NCBI GenBank assembly: GCA_012729725.1
Contig: JAAYCO010000207.1
Span: 1-62,081 of the forward strand
Direction: 5' to 3'
Source of the DNA: Planctomycetota bacterium
GTDB lineage: Bacteria > Planctomycetota > Phycisphaerae > SM23-33
Length of the DNA: 62,081 nt
Made by a program: the position numbers and the translations under genes
Shown: positions 50,478 to 62,081 of the stretch, one piece after another
How the letters are laid out: each line of letters begins with the position of its first letter
How positions within the stretch are numbered: position 1 is the first letter of the stretch
Notes under the pieces: model-generated
Databases searched by the model: none
What the model was told of the DNA's origin: nothing
What the model saw: the letters and a program-made list of their open reading frames with translations, nothing else

Positions 50478-53400
50478 TTAGAGCAGCTTTTTCTTTTCCA
50501 ACTGGATATTCAGGCCAAGACCCTTGAGTTCGTTGCACAGCACGTCGAAGCTCACCGGGGTGCCCGCTTCGAGCGTGTTCGTGCCCTTGACCATCGACTC
50601 GTAAATCTTGGTTCTACCCTCAACGTCGTCGCTCTTGACGGTGAGCAGTTCCTGAAGCGTGTAGCTTGCGCCGTACGCTTCAAGGCCCCAGACTTCCATT
50701 TCGCCGAATCGCTGACCGCCGGTGCGAGCCTTTCCGCCCAGGGGCTGCTGGGTAATCAGCGAATACGGGCCAGTGGCTCGGGCGTGGATCTTCTCGTCCA
50801 CAAGGTGGTGCAGCTTGTTGATGTAGATATATCCGACCGTAGTCTTCTGCTCGAACGGTTCGCCGGTTCTTCCGTCGAAGAGCCGTATCTTGCCGTCTTC
50901 GGGCATCTCGGCCAGTATTTCGCGCGTTGCGCCGGCCTGCTGGATAACCGACAGGTCCTGCCCGCGACGGCGGACGTGCTCGTTGGCCTCGCGGATGCTC
51001 TGAACGATTTCTTCTTCCGTCGCTCCGTTGAACACCGGCGTAACCGCCTGGAATCCAAGCACCGCGGCCGCCCAACCAAGGTGAGTTTCGAGAATCTGGC
51101 CGACGTTCATACGGCTTGGCACGCCAAGCGGGTTGAGCACGATGTCAACCGAAGTGCCATCCGGCATAAACGGCATGTCTTCGACGGGCATGATCTTGGC
51201 GATAACGCCCTTGTTTCCGTGCCGGCCGGCCATCTTGTCGCCAACGCCGAGTTTGCGCTTGGTGGCGACGCGAACCTTGACCATCTCAAGCACGCCGCTG
51301 GGCAGCTCGTCGCCGCGTTTCATGTGGTCAAGCTTGCGCTTGGTTTCCTTCTGGATCTCCGCGATGCGGGGCCAGTACTTGCCGTAGATCGCCTCGGCCT
51401 GCTGCTTGGCGGCAGGCTTGGCGCCCTTGATCCACGCCAGCGTGAAGTTCTCGATCTGCTCGATCAGCACCGCCTCGTTGTCGCTCTGACCGACCTTCTG
51501 ACGGGTCGTCGGGTCGATCAGCGGATTGCCGAGAACCGAGTTGATCTCCTCGGCCATCAGGCGGAATACCTTGACCTGACGCGAATTCATCTTCTCGCGG
51601 TATTCCTTCATCTGCCGGTTGAGGTCCTTCTTCTGGTCCTCGTTCATGTGCATGCGCCGGCTGAAACGAAGGGTATCGACAACCACACCTTCCTCGCCGG
51701 CAGGCAGTTCGAGGCTGTCGTTCTTGACGTCCTCGCCGGCCCTGCCGAAGATGGCATGAAGCAGCTTTTCTTCAGGGCTCAGTTCGCTCTTGCTCTTGGG
51801 CGCGACCTTGCCGACAAGAATGTCGCCGGGGCTCACGCGAGTGCCCACGCGAACAACGCCGTTCTCATCGAGGTTGCGAAGCGCACGCTCCGAAACGTTG
51901 GGAATATCGCGAGTGAATTCCTCGCGCCCAAGCTTCGTTTCGCGAATCTCGACCTCGTATTCCTCAAGGTGAACCGAGGTGAACGTGTCGTCGATAACCA
52001 TGCGCTCGCTGATGAGGATGGCGTCCTCGAAGTTAAACCCGTCGAACGGCATGAACGCCACAAGCACGTTCTTGCCGAGCGCCAGCTCGCCCTGATAGCT
52101 GGCCGAGCTGTCGGCGATAACCTGGCCCTTCTTGACCTTCTGCCCTTCCTTGACGATGGGCTTCTGGTTGAGGCAGGCTCGCTCGTTGAGCTTGCTGAAC
52201 TTGCGAAGTTCGTATTCGTCGCTGTTGTCGATGATGATGCGTTCGGCGTCAACGTACGTCACCACGCCGGCCTTGCGGCTCTTGATAAGCATGCCGCTGT
52301 TCTCGGCGACAACTCTCTCCATTCCGGTCGCCACAATAGGCGCTTCGGACTTGATGAGCGGCACGGCCTGGCGCTGCATGTTCGAACCCATGAGGGCGCG
52401 GTTGGCGTCGTCATGTTCGAGGAAGGGAATCAACGCCGCCGACACGCCGACAACCTGCTTGGGCGAAATATCTATGTAGTCGACTTCAACGCCCTTGACC
52501 ACCGTGACCTCGCCGCGGGCGCGGGCCAGCACGTGTTCTTCGGGCAGGCGCTCGAGGCCCCGGGAGGTTTTTTCCAGTGAATCAGACGGCGCCAGAACCA
52601 GTTCCATTTCTTCATCGGCGCGCAGGTGGCGAACCTCGTCCACCACCTTGCCCTTGACAACCTTGCGGTAAGGCGTGGTCAGGAAGCCGTACTCATCGAC
52701 GCCGCTGTAAATCGACAGCGAGCTGATGAGGCCGATGTTGTTGCCTTCGGGCGTCTCGATCGGGCAGATTCTGCCGTAGTGGCTGATGTGGACGTCGCGA
52801 ACCTCGAAACCGGCTCGTTTTCTGTTCAGGCCGCCGGCGCCAAGGGCAGAGAGTCTTCGCTCGTGCGTGAGCTGGCTCAGCGGGTTCTGGTGATCCACAA
52901 CCTGCGAAAGTTCGCTTCTGCCGAAGAAGAAGTCGATGCTGGACGAAATGCTCTTGCTGTTGATCAGCTCAGAGATTTTCGTCAGCTCGCCGGGATCCTT
53001 AAGACTCATTCGCTCCTGGGCGGTGCGGCGGAGCTTAAGGAAGCCCTTTCTGAGTTCCTCGGCGGCCAGTTCGTCGATAGTTCTCAAACGCCTGTTGCCC
53101 AGGTGGTCGATGTCGTCAACGATGCCTTCGCCGGACCGCAGCTTCATGATGTAGCGAAGCGTGTTGGCGAAGTCTTCAGGACGAATGGTCATGACCGATT
53201 CGTCAACATCCTGGTGGAACTTGCGGTTGAGACGGAAGCGACCGACCTTGCCCAGTCGATAGCGGTTTTCGTCGAAGAACTTTTCCTGGAACAGCGTCTT
53301 GGCCTTTTCGATCTGCGGCGGGTTGCCCGGACGCAGACGCATGTACAGCCTGAGCAGCGCGTTTTCGTAGCTGTGAGCGGCGTCTTCAGCCAACGTGTTG

Positions 53401-54239
53401 AGAATCAACGGGTCATCGACCTTGTCGACCACCTCAAGATTCTTGACGTCGCTGGCGGCTATGCGCGTAAGGGCTTCGCCGATCTGCCCGCCGGCGGGGA
53501 TAAGCTCTTCACCGGTCGCCTTATCGATGAACGCCTCAACGACGTACATCTGCGGCCGAAGCTGGCTGACCGGCACGTTCTTGGTGCTGTAGAATTCGCG
53601 GATCAGGGCGGCGTCTGTGCCAAGCTTCTCATCCATCGCCCGAAGAAACGTCGTGGCGGGAATCTTGCTGGACTGATCGATACGAATGGTGATCGAATCT
53701 TTCTTGGTGACAGTCAGTTCGATCCAGCTTCCTCGCTCGGGGATAATCCTGGCGCCGTGCAGCGGGCGGTCGCTTTCCTGCATTTCGACGGTGAAGTCAA
53801 CGCCTGGCGAGCGGTGCAGCTGCGATACGATAACCCTCTCGGTGCCGTTGACGATAAACTCGCCGCCGCCGATCATGATGGGTATTTCGCCCAGGTAGAT
53901 GCTTTCTTCGACCACGTCTTTGCGATCGGTCCTGCTCAGGCGGCAGCGAACCCTCAGGGGCAGGCCGTAGCTGAGTTTCAGGTCACGGCATTCCTGCTGG
54001 GTGTACCTTGCCTCGCCGAGTTCATAATATAGATATTCGAGCTTGGTCTGCTCGTCATAGCTCACTATTGGGAATACTTCCCGAAGGAGTCCCTCAAGCC
54101 CCTCGTTCTTTCTCTTGGCGGGGTCTACACCCTCCTGAAGGAACCGGGCATAGCTTGATAGCTGGATGTCGATAAGATTGGGAATGCTGGCGCCGTCGGC
54201 AACCTTTGCAAAATCCCTGACCTTTTGGGGTCGAAGCAT
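50478..54239 (-). CDS. rpoB: RNA polymerase beta subunit
   Basis: [20 protein letters not shown]; GAGG RBS before ATG 54239. Confidence 0.99.
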   Translation of the reverse strand: MLRPQKVRDFAKVADGASIPNLIDIQLSSYARFLQEGVDPAKRKNEGLEGLLREVFPIVSYDEQTKLEYLYYELGEARYTQQECRDLKLSYGLPLRVRCRLSRTDRKDVVEESIYLGEIPIMIGGGEFIVNGTERVIVSQLHRSPGVDFTVEMQESDRPLHGARIIPERGSWIELTVTKKDSITIRIDQSSKIPATTFLRAMDEKLGTDAALIREFYSTKNVPVSQLRPQMYVVEAFIDKATGEELIPAGGQIGEALTRIAASDVKNLEVVDKVDDPLILNTLAEDAAHSYENALLRLYMRLRPGNPPQIEKAKTLFQEKFFDENRYRLGKVGRFRLNRKFHQDVDESVMTIRPEDFANTLRYIMKLRSGEGIVDDIDHLGNRRLRTIDELAAEELRKGFLKLRRTAQERMSLKDPGELTKISELINSKSISSSIDFFFGRSELSQVVDHQNPLSQLTHERRLSALGAGGLNRKRAGFEVRDVHISHYGRICPIETPEGNNIGLISSLSIYSGVDEYGFLTTPYRKVVKGKVVDEVRHLRADEEMELVLAPSDSLEKTSRGLERLPEEHVLARARGEVTVVKGVEVDYIDISPKQVVGVSAALIPFLEHDDANRALMGSNMQRQAVPLIKSEAPIVATGMERVVAENSGMLIKSRKAGVVTYVDAERIIIDNSDEYELRKFSKLNERACLNQKPIVKEGQKVKKGQVIADSSASYQGELALGKNVLVAFMPFDGFNFEDAILISERMVIDDTFTSVHLEEYEVEIRETKLGREEFTRDIPNVSERALRNLDENGVVRVGTRVSPGDILVGKVAPKSKSELSPEEKLLHAIFGRAGEDVKNDSLELPAGEEGVVVDTLRFSRRMHMNEDQKKDLNRQMKEYREKMNSRQVKVFRLMAEEINSVLGNPLIDPTTRQKVGQSDNEAVLIEQIENFTLAWIKGAKPAAKQQAEAIYGKYWPRIAEIQKETKRKLDHMKRGDELPSGVLEMVKVRVATKRKLGVGDKMAGRHGNKGVIAKIMPVEDMPFMPDGTSVDIVLNPLGVPSRMNVGQILETHLGWAAAVLGFQAVTPVFNGATEEEIVQSIREANEHVRRRGQDLSVIQQAGATREILAEMPEDGKIRLFDGRTGEPFEQKTTVGYIYINKLHHLVDEKIHARATGPYSLITQQPLGGKARTGGQRFGEMEVWGLEAYGASYTLQELLTVKSDDVEGRTKIYESMVKGTNTLEAGTPVSFDVLCNELKGLGLNIQLEKKKLL

Positions 54240-54333
54240 GATTCGGTCCTCAGTCTGATAAAAGCTTACCAGGTCGTTCAACCGCCGGCGGTCGTCACAT
54301 GCGCCCGGCGCGAATCAGTTTGCGTAAAGCCAG

Positions 54334-54369
54334 CCTGCCCAGGCGGGGATCTCCCGCCCGGGCCAGGCC
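54334..54369 (-). promoter_or_regulatory. GC-rich stem-loop in rplL-rpoB spacer (attenuator/processing site-like)
   Basis: GCCCAGGCGGG-GATCT-CCCGCCCGGGC core flanked by GCCTG/CAGGC; no clear U-tract. Confidence 0.4.
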
Positions 54370-54399
54370 GCAAGTAACTATGTTCAGTACGTAACGCGC

Positions 54400-54801
54400 T
54401 TACTTGAGTTCAACGGTCGCGCCGGCTTCTTCCAGTTGCTTCTTGGCTGCTTCGGCGTCATCCTTCGAAACACCGGTCTTGACCGGCTTGGGAGCGCCTT
54501 CGACCAGGTCCTTGGCTTCCTTGAGCCCGAGGTTCGTCAACGCGCGGACAACCTTGATCACGTTGATCTTCTTGTCGCCGGCGTCCTTGAGGACGACGTC
54601 GAACTGGGTCTTTTCCTCTTCGGGGGCGGCGGCAGCGGCGCCACCGGGCGCAGCCATCATGACTGCCCCGCCGGCGGCGGGCTCGATGCCGTAGGTAACC
54701 TTGAGGTAATCAGCAAGGTCAACAGCCTGCTTGAGGGTCAGCTTCACGATCTGGTCGCCCAGCGACTTGATGTCGTCACTGAAAGTCTTTTCTTCACTCA
54801 T
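54400..54801 (-). CDS. rplL: 50S ribosomal protein L7/L12
   Basis: [30 protein letters not shown]. Confidence 0.99.
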   Translation of the reverse strand: MSEEKTFSDDIKSLGDQIVKLTLKQAVDLADYLKVTYGIEPAAGGAVMMAAPGGAAAAAPEEEKTQFDVVLKDAGDKKINVIKVVRALTNLGLKEAKDLVEGAPKPVKTGVSKDDAEAAKKQLEEAGATVELK

Positions 54802-54906
54802 CTTGGTCAATCTCCACTATAGGCATTCAACCGGCCTGATAGGCGGCGCCACGTCGGCGCCATTTAACCCGTGAGGGCCAATCCGCAGCCAGTTTCTGAA
54901 ACTGTG

Positions 54907-55473
54907 TTAATCCGCCGCCGGCGCTGTTTCCGCTGCGGTGGCCTCGGCGGGCGCTGCTTGCGAAGCCTTTTCTTCGATTGTCTTGAGGATCGAAGACAGG
55001 GCCGATCCGGGACCAACCAGGCACCCGGCGAGCTTGCTGCCGGCAGACAGGATGCATCCAACCGCCCTGCCAATGGCTTCTTCCCGAGTCGGGTACTTGC
55101 TGAGTTCCTCTATCCGGTCCTCGCCGAAGACCTCGCCGTCCATGAACGCTGCCTTGACCGTCAGCTTGGGGGCGTCCTTGGCAACGTCCAGAAGCGTTCG
55201 CACAACTTCAACCACGCTGTCGGCGCCGTATGCAACGGCGCAGGGGCCTTCAAGCAGCGCGGCGGCGCCTTCAAGACCGACCGCCTTGAACGCACCGCGA
55301 GCAATCGAATTCTTCACGACAGTCATGCGGATGTTCTTTTCCGCAAGCTGGCTGCGAACCGTGTGAGTGGAAACGGCGTCCAGGCCGGAAAATCCCACGA
55401 CGGCAAGCGACGTCACGCCGTCAAAGCGGGTTACGAGTTCTTTACGTATAAGCTCTTTAATTGGCTTGCTCAT
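54907..55473 (-). CDS. rplJ: 50S ribosomal protein L10
   Basis: VVKN, L.GP, P.REE; position between rplA and rplL. Confidence 0.95.
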   Translation of the reverse strand: MSKPIKELIRKELVTRFDGVTSLAVVGFSGLDAVSTHTVRSQLAEKNIRMTVVKNSIARGAFKAVGLEGAAALLEGPCAVAYGADSVVEVVRTLLDVAKDAPKLTVKAAFMDGEVFGEDRIEELSKYPTREEAIGRAVGCILSAGSKLAGCLVGPGSALSSILKTIEEKASQAAPAEATAAETAPAAD

Positions 55474-55481
55474 GGGTCACC

Positions 55482-56165
55482 TTATGCAACGTCAATCTGA
55501 ACCGCGGGGCACATCGTCGGGGCGATTGCCACCTTCTTGATGTACACGCCTTTTGCCGAGGAGGGCTTGACCCTGCGGACGTGTGCGACAAACGCCTCAA
55601 TGTTCTCCACCAGCTTGCTTTCGTCAAAGCTCAGCTTGCCGACGGGAATGTGCAGGTTTCCACCGTCGTCATTGCGGTATTCAAGCTTTCCGGCGGAGTA
55701 TTCCTTCACGGCGACGGCAATGTCGTCTGTGACGGTGCCGCTCTTGGGAGAGGGCATTTTGCCTTGCGGGCCAAGAACCTTGCCCAGGCGCGACACGTTT
55801 CTCATCATCGCGGGGGTTGCGACCGCGACGTCAAAATCAAGCCAGCCGCCCTGAACCTTCTTGATAAGCTCGTCGCTGCCGGCCTCGGTGGCGCCTGCCG
55901 CCAGGGCCTTTTCCACATCCGCCCCGTCGCAGAAGGCGATGACCTTCTTGGATGCGCCGATGCCATGAGGAAGCGATAGCGAGCCTCGAATTGCCTGCTC
56001 GGCCTGCTTTGTGTCTATGCCGAGATGCATAACCAGATTGACCGTCGGGTCGAACTTCGTCGGCTTGAACGTCTTGATAATCTTGACTGCTTCGGGAATT
56101 CCGACCTTTCCGGCCGGTACGTTTTTCACGCATTCCCTGTAGCGTTTTGACCTGGTCTCCGCCAT
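55482..56165 (-). CDS. rplA: 50S ribosomal protein L1
   Basis: LPHG.G, LGPQGKMPSPKSGTV, HIPVGK.SF. Confidence 0.99.
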   Translation of the reverse strand: MAETRSKRYRECVKNVPAGKVGIPEAVKIIKTFKPTKFDPTVNLVMHLGIDTKQAEQAIRGSLSLPHGIGASKKVIAFCDGADVEKALAAGATEAGSDELIKKVQGGWLDFDVAVATPAMMRNVSRLGKVLGPQGKMPSPKSGTVTDDIAVAVKEYSAGKLEYRNDDGGNLHIPVGKLSFDESKLVENIEAFVAHVRRVKPSSAKGVYIKKVAIAPTMCPAVQIDVA

Positions 56166-56240
56166 TTTACACCTTTGCGTCCGTAGACTCCCACTATTGC
56201 CCGTGGTCAGGCCCGCCCCGCCCGGGGCGGCGAGTATGCT

Positions 56241-56666
56241 TTACTTCTGAACGGTAATGCCCATGCTTCTGGCAGTGCCTTCGACTATGCGGCAGGCGGC
56301 ATCCAGATTACGGGCGTTGAGATCTTTGATCTTGCGCTGCGCTATGGCCTTGACCTGGTCGCCGGTGACGGTTCCAACTTTTTCCTTGTTGGGAACGCCG
56401 CTGCCCTTTGCCACCTGGGCTGCTTCCTTCAGCAAGGCCGCCGCCGGCGGGCTTTTTGTGATGAAGGTGAACGTGCGGTCGCCGTACACGGTAATTTCGA
56501 CCGGAACGGGCATGCCGTTGAGGTCGCGCGTGCGCTCGTTGAACTGGGCTACAAACTGCCCGATGTTAACGTTGTGCTGGCCCAGGGCCGGTCCAATGGG
56601 CGGAGCTGGAGTTGCCTGCCCGCCGGCTGCCTGAAGCTTGATTTTTGCCTTGATTTCCTTTGCCAT
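56241..56666 (-). CDS. rplK: 50S ribosomal protein L11
   Basis: [20 protein letters not shown]. Confidence 0.99.
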   Translation of the reverse strand: MAKEIKAKIKLQAAGGQATPAPPIGPALGQHNVNIGQFVAQFNERTRDLNGMPVPVEITVYGDRTFTFITKSPPAAALLKEAAQVAKGSGVPNKEKVGTVTGDQVKAIAQRKIKDLNARNLDAACRIVEGTARSMGITVQK

Positions 56667-56749
56667 TGCTCTGCCTCTACTTAATTTGCCGGCTGCCCGG
56701 CTGCCTGGTCAAAACTGCGACCATGCGTTTGGGAGGGTCTGCGGCGCGC

Positions 56750-57331
56750 CTACGCCTTCTCGACCTGCCAATACTCCAATTCGACCGGCGTGGCCCTGCC
56801 GAATATCGTCACAATAACGCGGATCAGGCCCTTGTCGGGAAGCACTTCATCGACGGCGCCCTCGAAGTTTTCGAATGCGCCTTCCTTGATCTTCACCGAG
56901 TCGCCCTTGGCGAATTCAACGGCCATCGGGGCGCCTTCGCCCGCCTTCTCGACCTGCTGAAGCATCTTGTCTACGTCCACCTGGCGCATCGCGGTCGGTT
57001 TGCCGGTTGCGCCAATGAAATCGCCAACGCCGGTGGTTTCACGGATGAGGAACCAGGGCTTCTCGCCAATGCTGCCGTCTTCTTCCAGTTCCATTTCGAT
57101 GAACACGTAGCCGGGGTACATCTTGCGCTCGACGAACTTCTTGTCGCCTCCCCTGCCTCGGGGGCTGGGGCGACGCTCGGTCGGAACAAGAATCCGCCCG
57201 ATCTTGTCCTGAAGGCCCTCGATCTTGACCTTTCGCTCCAGGGCCTCGCGAACCTGCTCTTCCTTGTTGGAGGCGACGCGCAGAACGTACCACTTTTTGG
57301 ACGCAGCGGTTGTTTCTTTTGATTCGGCCAT
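56750..57331 (-). CDS. nusG: Transcription antitermination factor NusG
   Basis: WYVL, YPGYVF, KOW ...IFGRATPVEL. Confidence 0.98.
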   Translation of the reverse strand: MAESKETTAASKKWYVLRVASNKEEQVREALERKVKIEGLQDKIGRILVPTERRPSPRGRGGDKKFVERKMYPGYVFIEMELEEDGSIGEKPWFLIRETTGVGDFIGATGKPTAMRQVDVDKMLQQVEKAGEGAPMAVEFAKGDSVKIKEGAFENFEGAVDEVLPDKGLIRVIVTIFGRATPVELEYWQVEKA

Positions 57332-57708
57332 CAGCCTGTCACTCCCATCCAACTGAACAGGAGGATGAACAACAGATCCACGCCGGCCAAAAGGGCCGCC
57401 ATGATGAACGTAGTCACGATGACTACCTTGGTGGAGCCGATAACTTCCTTCCGGCTCGACCACGAGACCTTCTTCATCTCGCTTTCGGTCGCGATCAGGA
57501 AGTCGGCTGCACTGGGCTTGTTGAGTATCCAGAACGTAAGCCAGGCGACAGCCGCCACCATGGCGGTTGGTATGCCAAACTGCAGGTATGGCGAGTACTG
57601 CAGCTTCCTGCTAAGGAAAAAGGCGCCTATCACCACGATCACCATGATGCCGATGAACGTGCACACTCGCGTGTACTTGCCCTGGCCTTTTTTATAAACT
57701 TCAAACAT
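57331..57708 (-). CDS. secE: Preprotein translocase SecE (3-TM type)
   Basis: YKKGQG..TR, FLIATESEMKKVSW. Confidence 0.95.
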   Translation of the reverse strand: MFEVYKKGQGKYTRVCTFIGIMVIVVIGAFFLSRKLQYSPYLQFGIPTAMVAAVAWLTFWILNKPSAADFLIATESEMKKVSWSSRKEVIGSTKVVIVTTFIMAALLAGVDLLFILLFSWMGVTG

Positions 57709-57801
57709 GCGTTTCCTGCCGTCTGTGTTGCATCTAGCCTGTTCACTGACCGGCCCGATCAAGCCTTCCCCAGCCGGTTCATCTTCCGCCCGGAGACGGA
57801 C

Positions 57802-57874
<73 letters not shown>

Positions 57875-57926
57875 AAAACACCGGCCGGTCCGACTGGGGG
57901 ATCGGACCGGCTCGGTTGGCCGATTA

Positions 57927-58094
57927 TCATTTCCTCTTAAGCTTGTGCTCCGTATGTGTTCTCGTACGTGGGCAGAACTTCTTGAGGACCAGCTTTGGGG
58001 TGCCGCCGGCCACTCGGACCTCTATACGATAGTTGAGGTCTCCGCAGTCGGTGCACTGAAGCCAGACATATTCACGGGCCTTCGCCTTGGCCAT
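57927..58094 (-). CDS. rpmG: 50S ribosomal protein L33 (not in ORF track)
   Basis: MAKAKAREYVWLQCTDCGDLNY...LKKFCPRTRTHTEHKLKRK; tuf-rpmG-trnW-secE context. Confidence 0.93.
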   Translation of the reverse strand: MAKAKAREYVWLQCTDCGDLNYRIEVRVAGGTPKLVLKKFCPRTRTHTEHKLKRK

Positions 58095-58098
58095 TGGA

Positions 58099-59307
<1,209 letters not shown>

Positions 59308-59409
59308 TGATCATGCTCCTATAAGGTTTCGCTGAAGTATTTTGAAAGCCCACGCACGGCCATACGCGGGCAACATTCTGTCGGCCTGTCATCCGACCGT
59401 CCGATTCAT

Positions 59410-59482
<73 letters not shown>

Positions 59483-59582
59483 ACTTCGGCGCAACAGCAA
59501 ACCCACTTGCAAGCGGCGGTCATCAGCAAACCGTTGCTGTTTGTGGGTATAATGCAGCCATGCCCAAAGAGATAGATCGCCA

Positions 59583-59610
59583 AGTATACAGACGCGCCAA
59601 AGGCTGTCAA
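59583..59610 (-). promoter_or_regulatory. Putative promoter of tRNA-Thr-tuf superoperon
   Basis: TTGACA-16 nt-TATACT with AT-rich upstream tract. Confidence 0.7.
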
Positions 59611-59829
59611 ACTAAAAATTCAGCGCCCGCGGCAAGTTTTTGCCCGGCCTAAATGGCGTCCACCAGCCGTTTTGCGATGATCGACGCCTCTAGCCCGGCA
59701 CGCACAACCGTTATCTACGCCGCCCCTGCTCCCCCGGTTTGATAACACTGGGGGCGGCGCGAAATCTTATGCAGGCAAATTGCCCCGCCACACCTTTGGC
59801 CTGCCACGCTGGTTTGAGGCTGATCAAAT

Positions 59830-60894
59830 CTACTGGGCACGGGCCGATTCCAACGCGTGAAGAAGGGCGTTCCTGACGTGCCTGGGGCGAAGGCTTCCAA
59901 GCCGGCTGGGGCGAAGATGACCAAATGTCGGAATCACCGTGTTTATCCAGAAGTAGCTCCGGCGATATCTGCCAAGGCTTATGCCCTTTTGCAGGGCCTT
60001 GTTCGCCCGCTCGATGCACCGCCTGCCGAAGCCGCTGTTGTCCGGGCGCACCGCCAAGCCCGGATCGAACGTCGCCACCTGCTTGATGCACGCAAGCGAA
60101 TCGGCATTAAGATCCGCCAGCAGAAGGCAGCCGGTTCTTTCGCGGCGGTTCCAGCACAACTCGTCGCCGCAAACATATGGCACGTCGCAGGCAACGAAGT
60201 TGCCCAGCGAATACGCGATGGCCGCCCCGGCGTGCATTTCGGCGCCCGCGATGACGTGCGGATGATGGCCAATTACCATCGTCGCCCCCGCCTCGGCAAG
60301 CAGGCGCCCCTGCTGAACCTGCATGGGCGAGGGTATCGTCATCCGCTCGCGCCCCCAGTGAAGACAGACTATCACGTGGTCAACATGCGCGCGGATCCGC
60401 CTGACCTGGTCTTCCATCCGGTCTATGTTAAAAGGATTAATCCCCGGGCTGTTTTCGCCCGCCCACACCGCGGCCCCGCTTGATTCATCCGCTGCCGCCA
60501 GAAGCGCTATGTGCATGCCCTTGCGAACCACGATGGCCGGGGCAGCGGCCTCGGCAAGGTTCTCGCCGGCGCCGAAACCCGCTATGCCATACTGCCTGAG
60601 TGTTCGCTTGACCTGAAGAAAACCGCTCTCAAGACAATCGAACATATGGTTGTTCGCCAGGCTCAACGCGTCGAAGCCGCCGCGGGCCACCACCTGCATA
60701 AGCCCCGGCGAGGCGATCACGCGAGGCTCGGTTGATATCATCTCGCCGCCGCCGTCGAGCGTGCATTCAAGGTTGCCGATCACAAGATCGCAGGTTGAAA
60801 ACACGTTTCGAAGCGAGGCGAAGACGGAATCGGAATCCCTGCCTTCCTCCAGCGAGCCTGAAAGCAGCAGGTCGCCAACGGCTGCGATCTTCAT
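59830..60894 (-). CDS. CapA-family (PGA_cap) metallophosphoesterase-like protein
   Basis: AVGDL, GNLEC, LANNH..D, HWG.E, GHHPHV, YSLGNF. Confidence 0.9.
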   Translation of the reverse strand: MKIAAVGDLLLSGSLEEGRDSDSVFASLRNVFSTCDLVIGNLECTLDGGGEMISTEPRVIASPGLMQVVARGGFDALSLANNHMFDCLESGFLQVKRTLRQYGIAGFGAGENLAEAAAPAIVVRKGMHIALLAAADESSGAAVWAGENSPGINPFNIDRMEDQVRRIRAHVDHVIVCLHWGRERMTIPSPMQVQQGRLLAEAGATMVIGHHPHVIAGAEMHAGAAIAYSLGNFVACDVPYVCGDELCWNRRERTGCLLLADLNADSLACIKQVATFDPGLAVRPDNSGFGRRCIERANKALQKGISLGRYRRSYFWINTVIPTFGHLRPSRLGSLRPRHVRNALLHALESARAQ

Positions 60895-61112
60895 CGAGCC
60901 TGGATAACGCCCACGCAAACCTTCATCTTCTGGACCCCTGTGGAAAGCCTGCATGCCATCTCCCGCCGCGAGGAGCATGTCCCGCTGAGCAATAATAGGC
61001 CCCCATCAACGCAAATCGCGCAAGGATAATCCAAACTCCGATATTGCCTACCTATAATACCCCGAGACCGAAGGTCCTGGAGGGAACTCGAAGTCTCAAA
61101 ACGGAGAGTTGG

Positions 61113-62081
61113 ATGAATCCTTCAAGCGGCCCACGCGCGTCGGCGCCAAGCGCCGAGCGATGCACTGTTTCCGTCGGCTCCCAGGAACCGCAATGGGGCG
61201 ATTTTCTACCCTCCTGCCCACGGTCAAGCATCTTTCACGATCCGAAATGGGGCGAGCTTCTGGGCGGCCCACGCGGCAATCGAGCATGGTATCTCACCGC
61301 CAGGCGGGAAGGCAAAATCTGCGGAATCCTTACGCTTGTCGAGCAGAACAGCCTCATCTTCGGCAGGCGGATGACAAGCCTTCCATACATGGACGCATCA
61401 GGCATTCTGGCCATCGATCAGCCTGCCGCCGACGACCTGCTGGCAAGCGCCAAGGCCCTGCTGGCACAGCGGAGGCTCAAATGGCTGGAACTGCGGCATC
61501 GGCACAACCACTTCGCGTCGCTCCCCGCCCGAAACGACAAGGTGACGCTTCGCCTGCCTCTCGATGAACCAGACGCCATGTGGAAACAGATCAGCCCGAA
61601 GGTGCGAAACCGCATCCGCAAGGCCCAGAAGGCTCGCCTGCAGGTGCTTACGGGCGGCTGCGAGCTGCTGGGGGGCTTCCACTGCGTCTACGCTCGCACA
61701 ATGCGAGATCTGGGCAGCCCGCCGCACGGCAGGGGTTTCTTTCGCTCGCTGCTGGAGACTTTCGGCGAGGCCGTTAACGTTCACGTGGTGCGCGACGGAA
61801 TTCCTCTGGCTGTGGCGATAGCCATGCGGGACGGCCAGGCCGTTTGCGTTCCATGGGCGGCCAGCGATCATCGGGCCAACGAGTCGTGCGCCAACATGCT
61901 GCTTTACTGGCATCTTCTTGAGCACGCCGCGGGCGTCGGGGCGAAGGTCTTTGATTTCGGCAGAAGCACTGCCGGCAGCGGAACATACATATTTAAGAAA
62001 CAATGGGGGGCGCAGGAACACGCGCTGCACTGGCACTATCTGCTCAACGACGGCGATTCGCCGCCCGGGCCGGCGGGAGAA
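61113..62081 (+). CDS. FemAB-related GNAT protein (PEP-CTERM/EPS-associated type), 3' end runs off window
   Basis: Own translation, not in ORF track: FHDPKW, SLPYMDASG, LELRH, KVRNRIRKA, MRDLGSP, NMLLYW, FDFGRS..GSGT..FKKQWG; GGAG RBS. Confidence 0.85.
   Translation, partial: MNPSSGPRASAPSAERCTVSVGSQEPQWGDFLPSCPRSSIFHDPKWGELLGGPRGNRAWYLTARREGKICGILTLVEQNSLIFGRRMTSLPYMDASGILAIDQPAADDLLASAKALLAQRRLKWLELRHRHNHFASLPARNDKVTLRLPLDEPDAMWKQISPKVRNRIRKAQKARLQVLTGGCELLGGFHCVYARTMRDLGSPPHGRGFFRSLLETFGEAVNVHVVRDGIPLAVAIAMRDGQAVCVPWAASDHRANESCANMLLYWHLLEHAAGVGAKVFDFGRSTAGSGTYIFKKQWGAQEHALHWHYLLNDGDSPPGPAGE

Noticed and set aside
49746-52580. Very long plus-strand ORFs (944 aa here; also 16091-18082, 42701-44731, 48060-49742, 58087-59310)
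   Set aside because: They are antisense shadows of conserved genes, expected from high-GC codon bias, and show no recognisable protein motifs.

Overview
This is a GC-rich bacterial housekeeping region, most likely from Planctomycetota (Phycisphaerae-like). That call is inferred from RpoA starting MRIRWRGLELPSRV, the RpoC N-terminus, and the lack of rpmD/infA in the cluster. Left part (1-14 kb): an AraC regulator, two convergent URO-D-family genes (one frameshifted), metK, an enolase-superfamily gene and tRNA-Glu. These are followed by a probable acetylated (amino)sugar module: CE7 esterase, SIS isomerase/deaminase, PPi-PFK, GATase-like protein, PIG-L deacetylase and a DUF4954-like protein. 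Middle (14-27 kb): a complete F1Fo ATP synthase operon with a nitroreductase inside it and hemC coupled to its end, then a B12-binding radical SAM gene, nadB and a HIT gene. Right part (27-59.5 kb): an uninterrupted ribosomal/RNAP superoperon from tRNA-Thr-tuf to rplQ, then a CapA-family gene and a partial FemAB-like gene. I see no mobile element, CRISPR array or defence system, and cannot show a wholly new multi-gene system. The best novelty candidates are a densely structured ~380-nt sense-strand RNA between rpsG and fusA, a SecY with two extra N-terminal membrane helices, the modified atp operon, and the amino-sugar/DUF4954 module.
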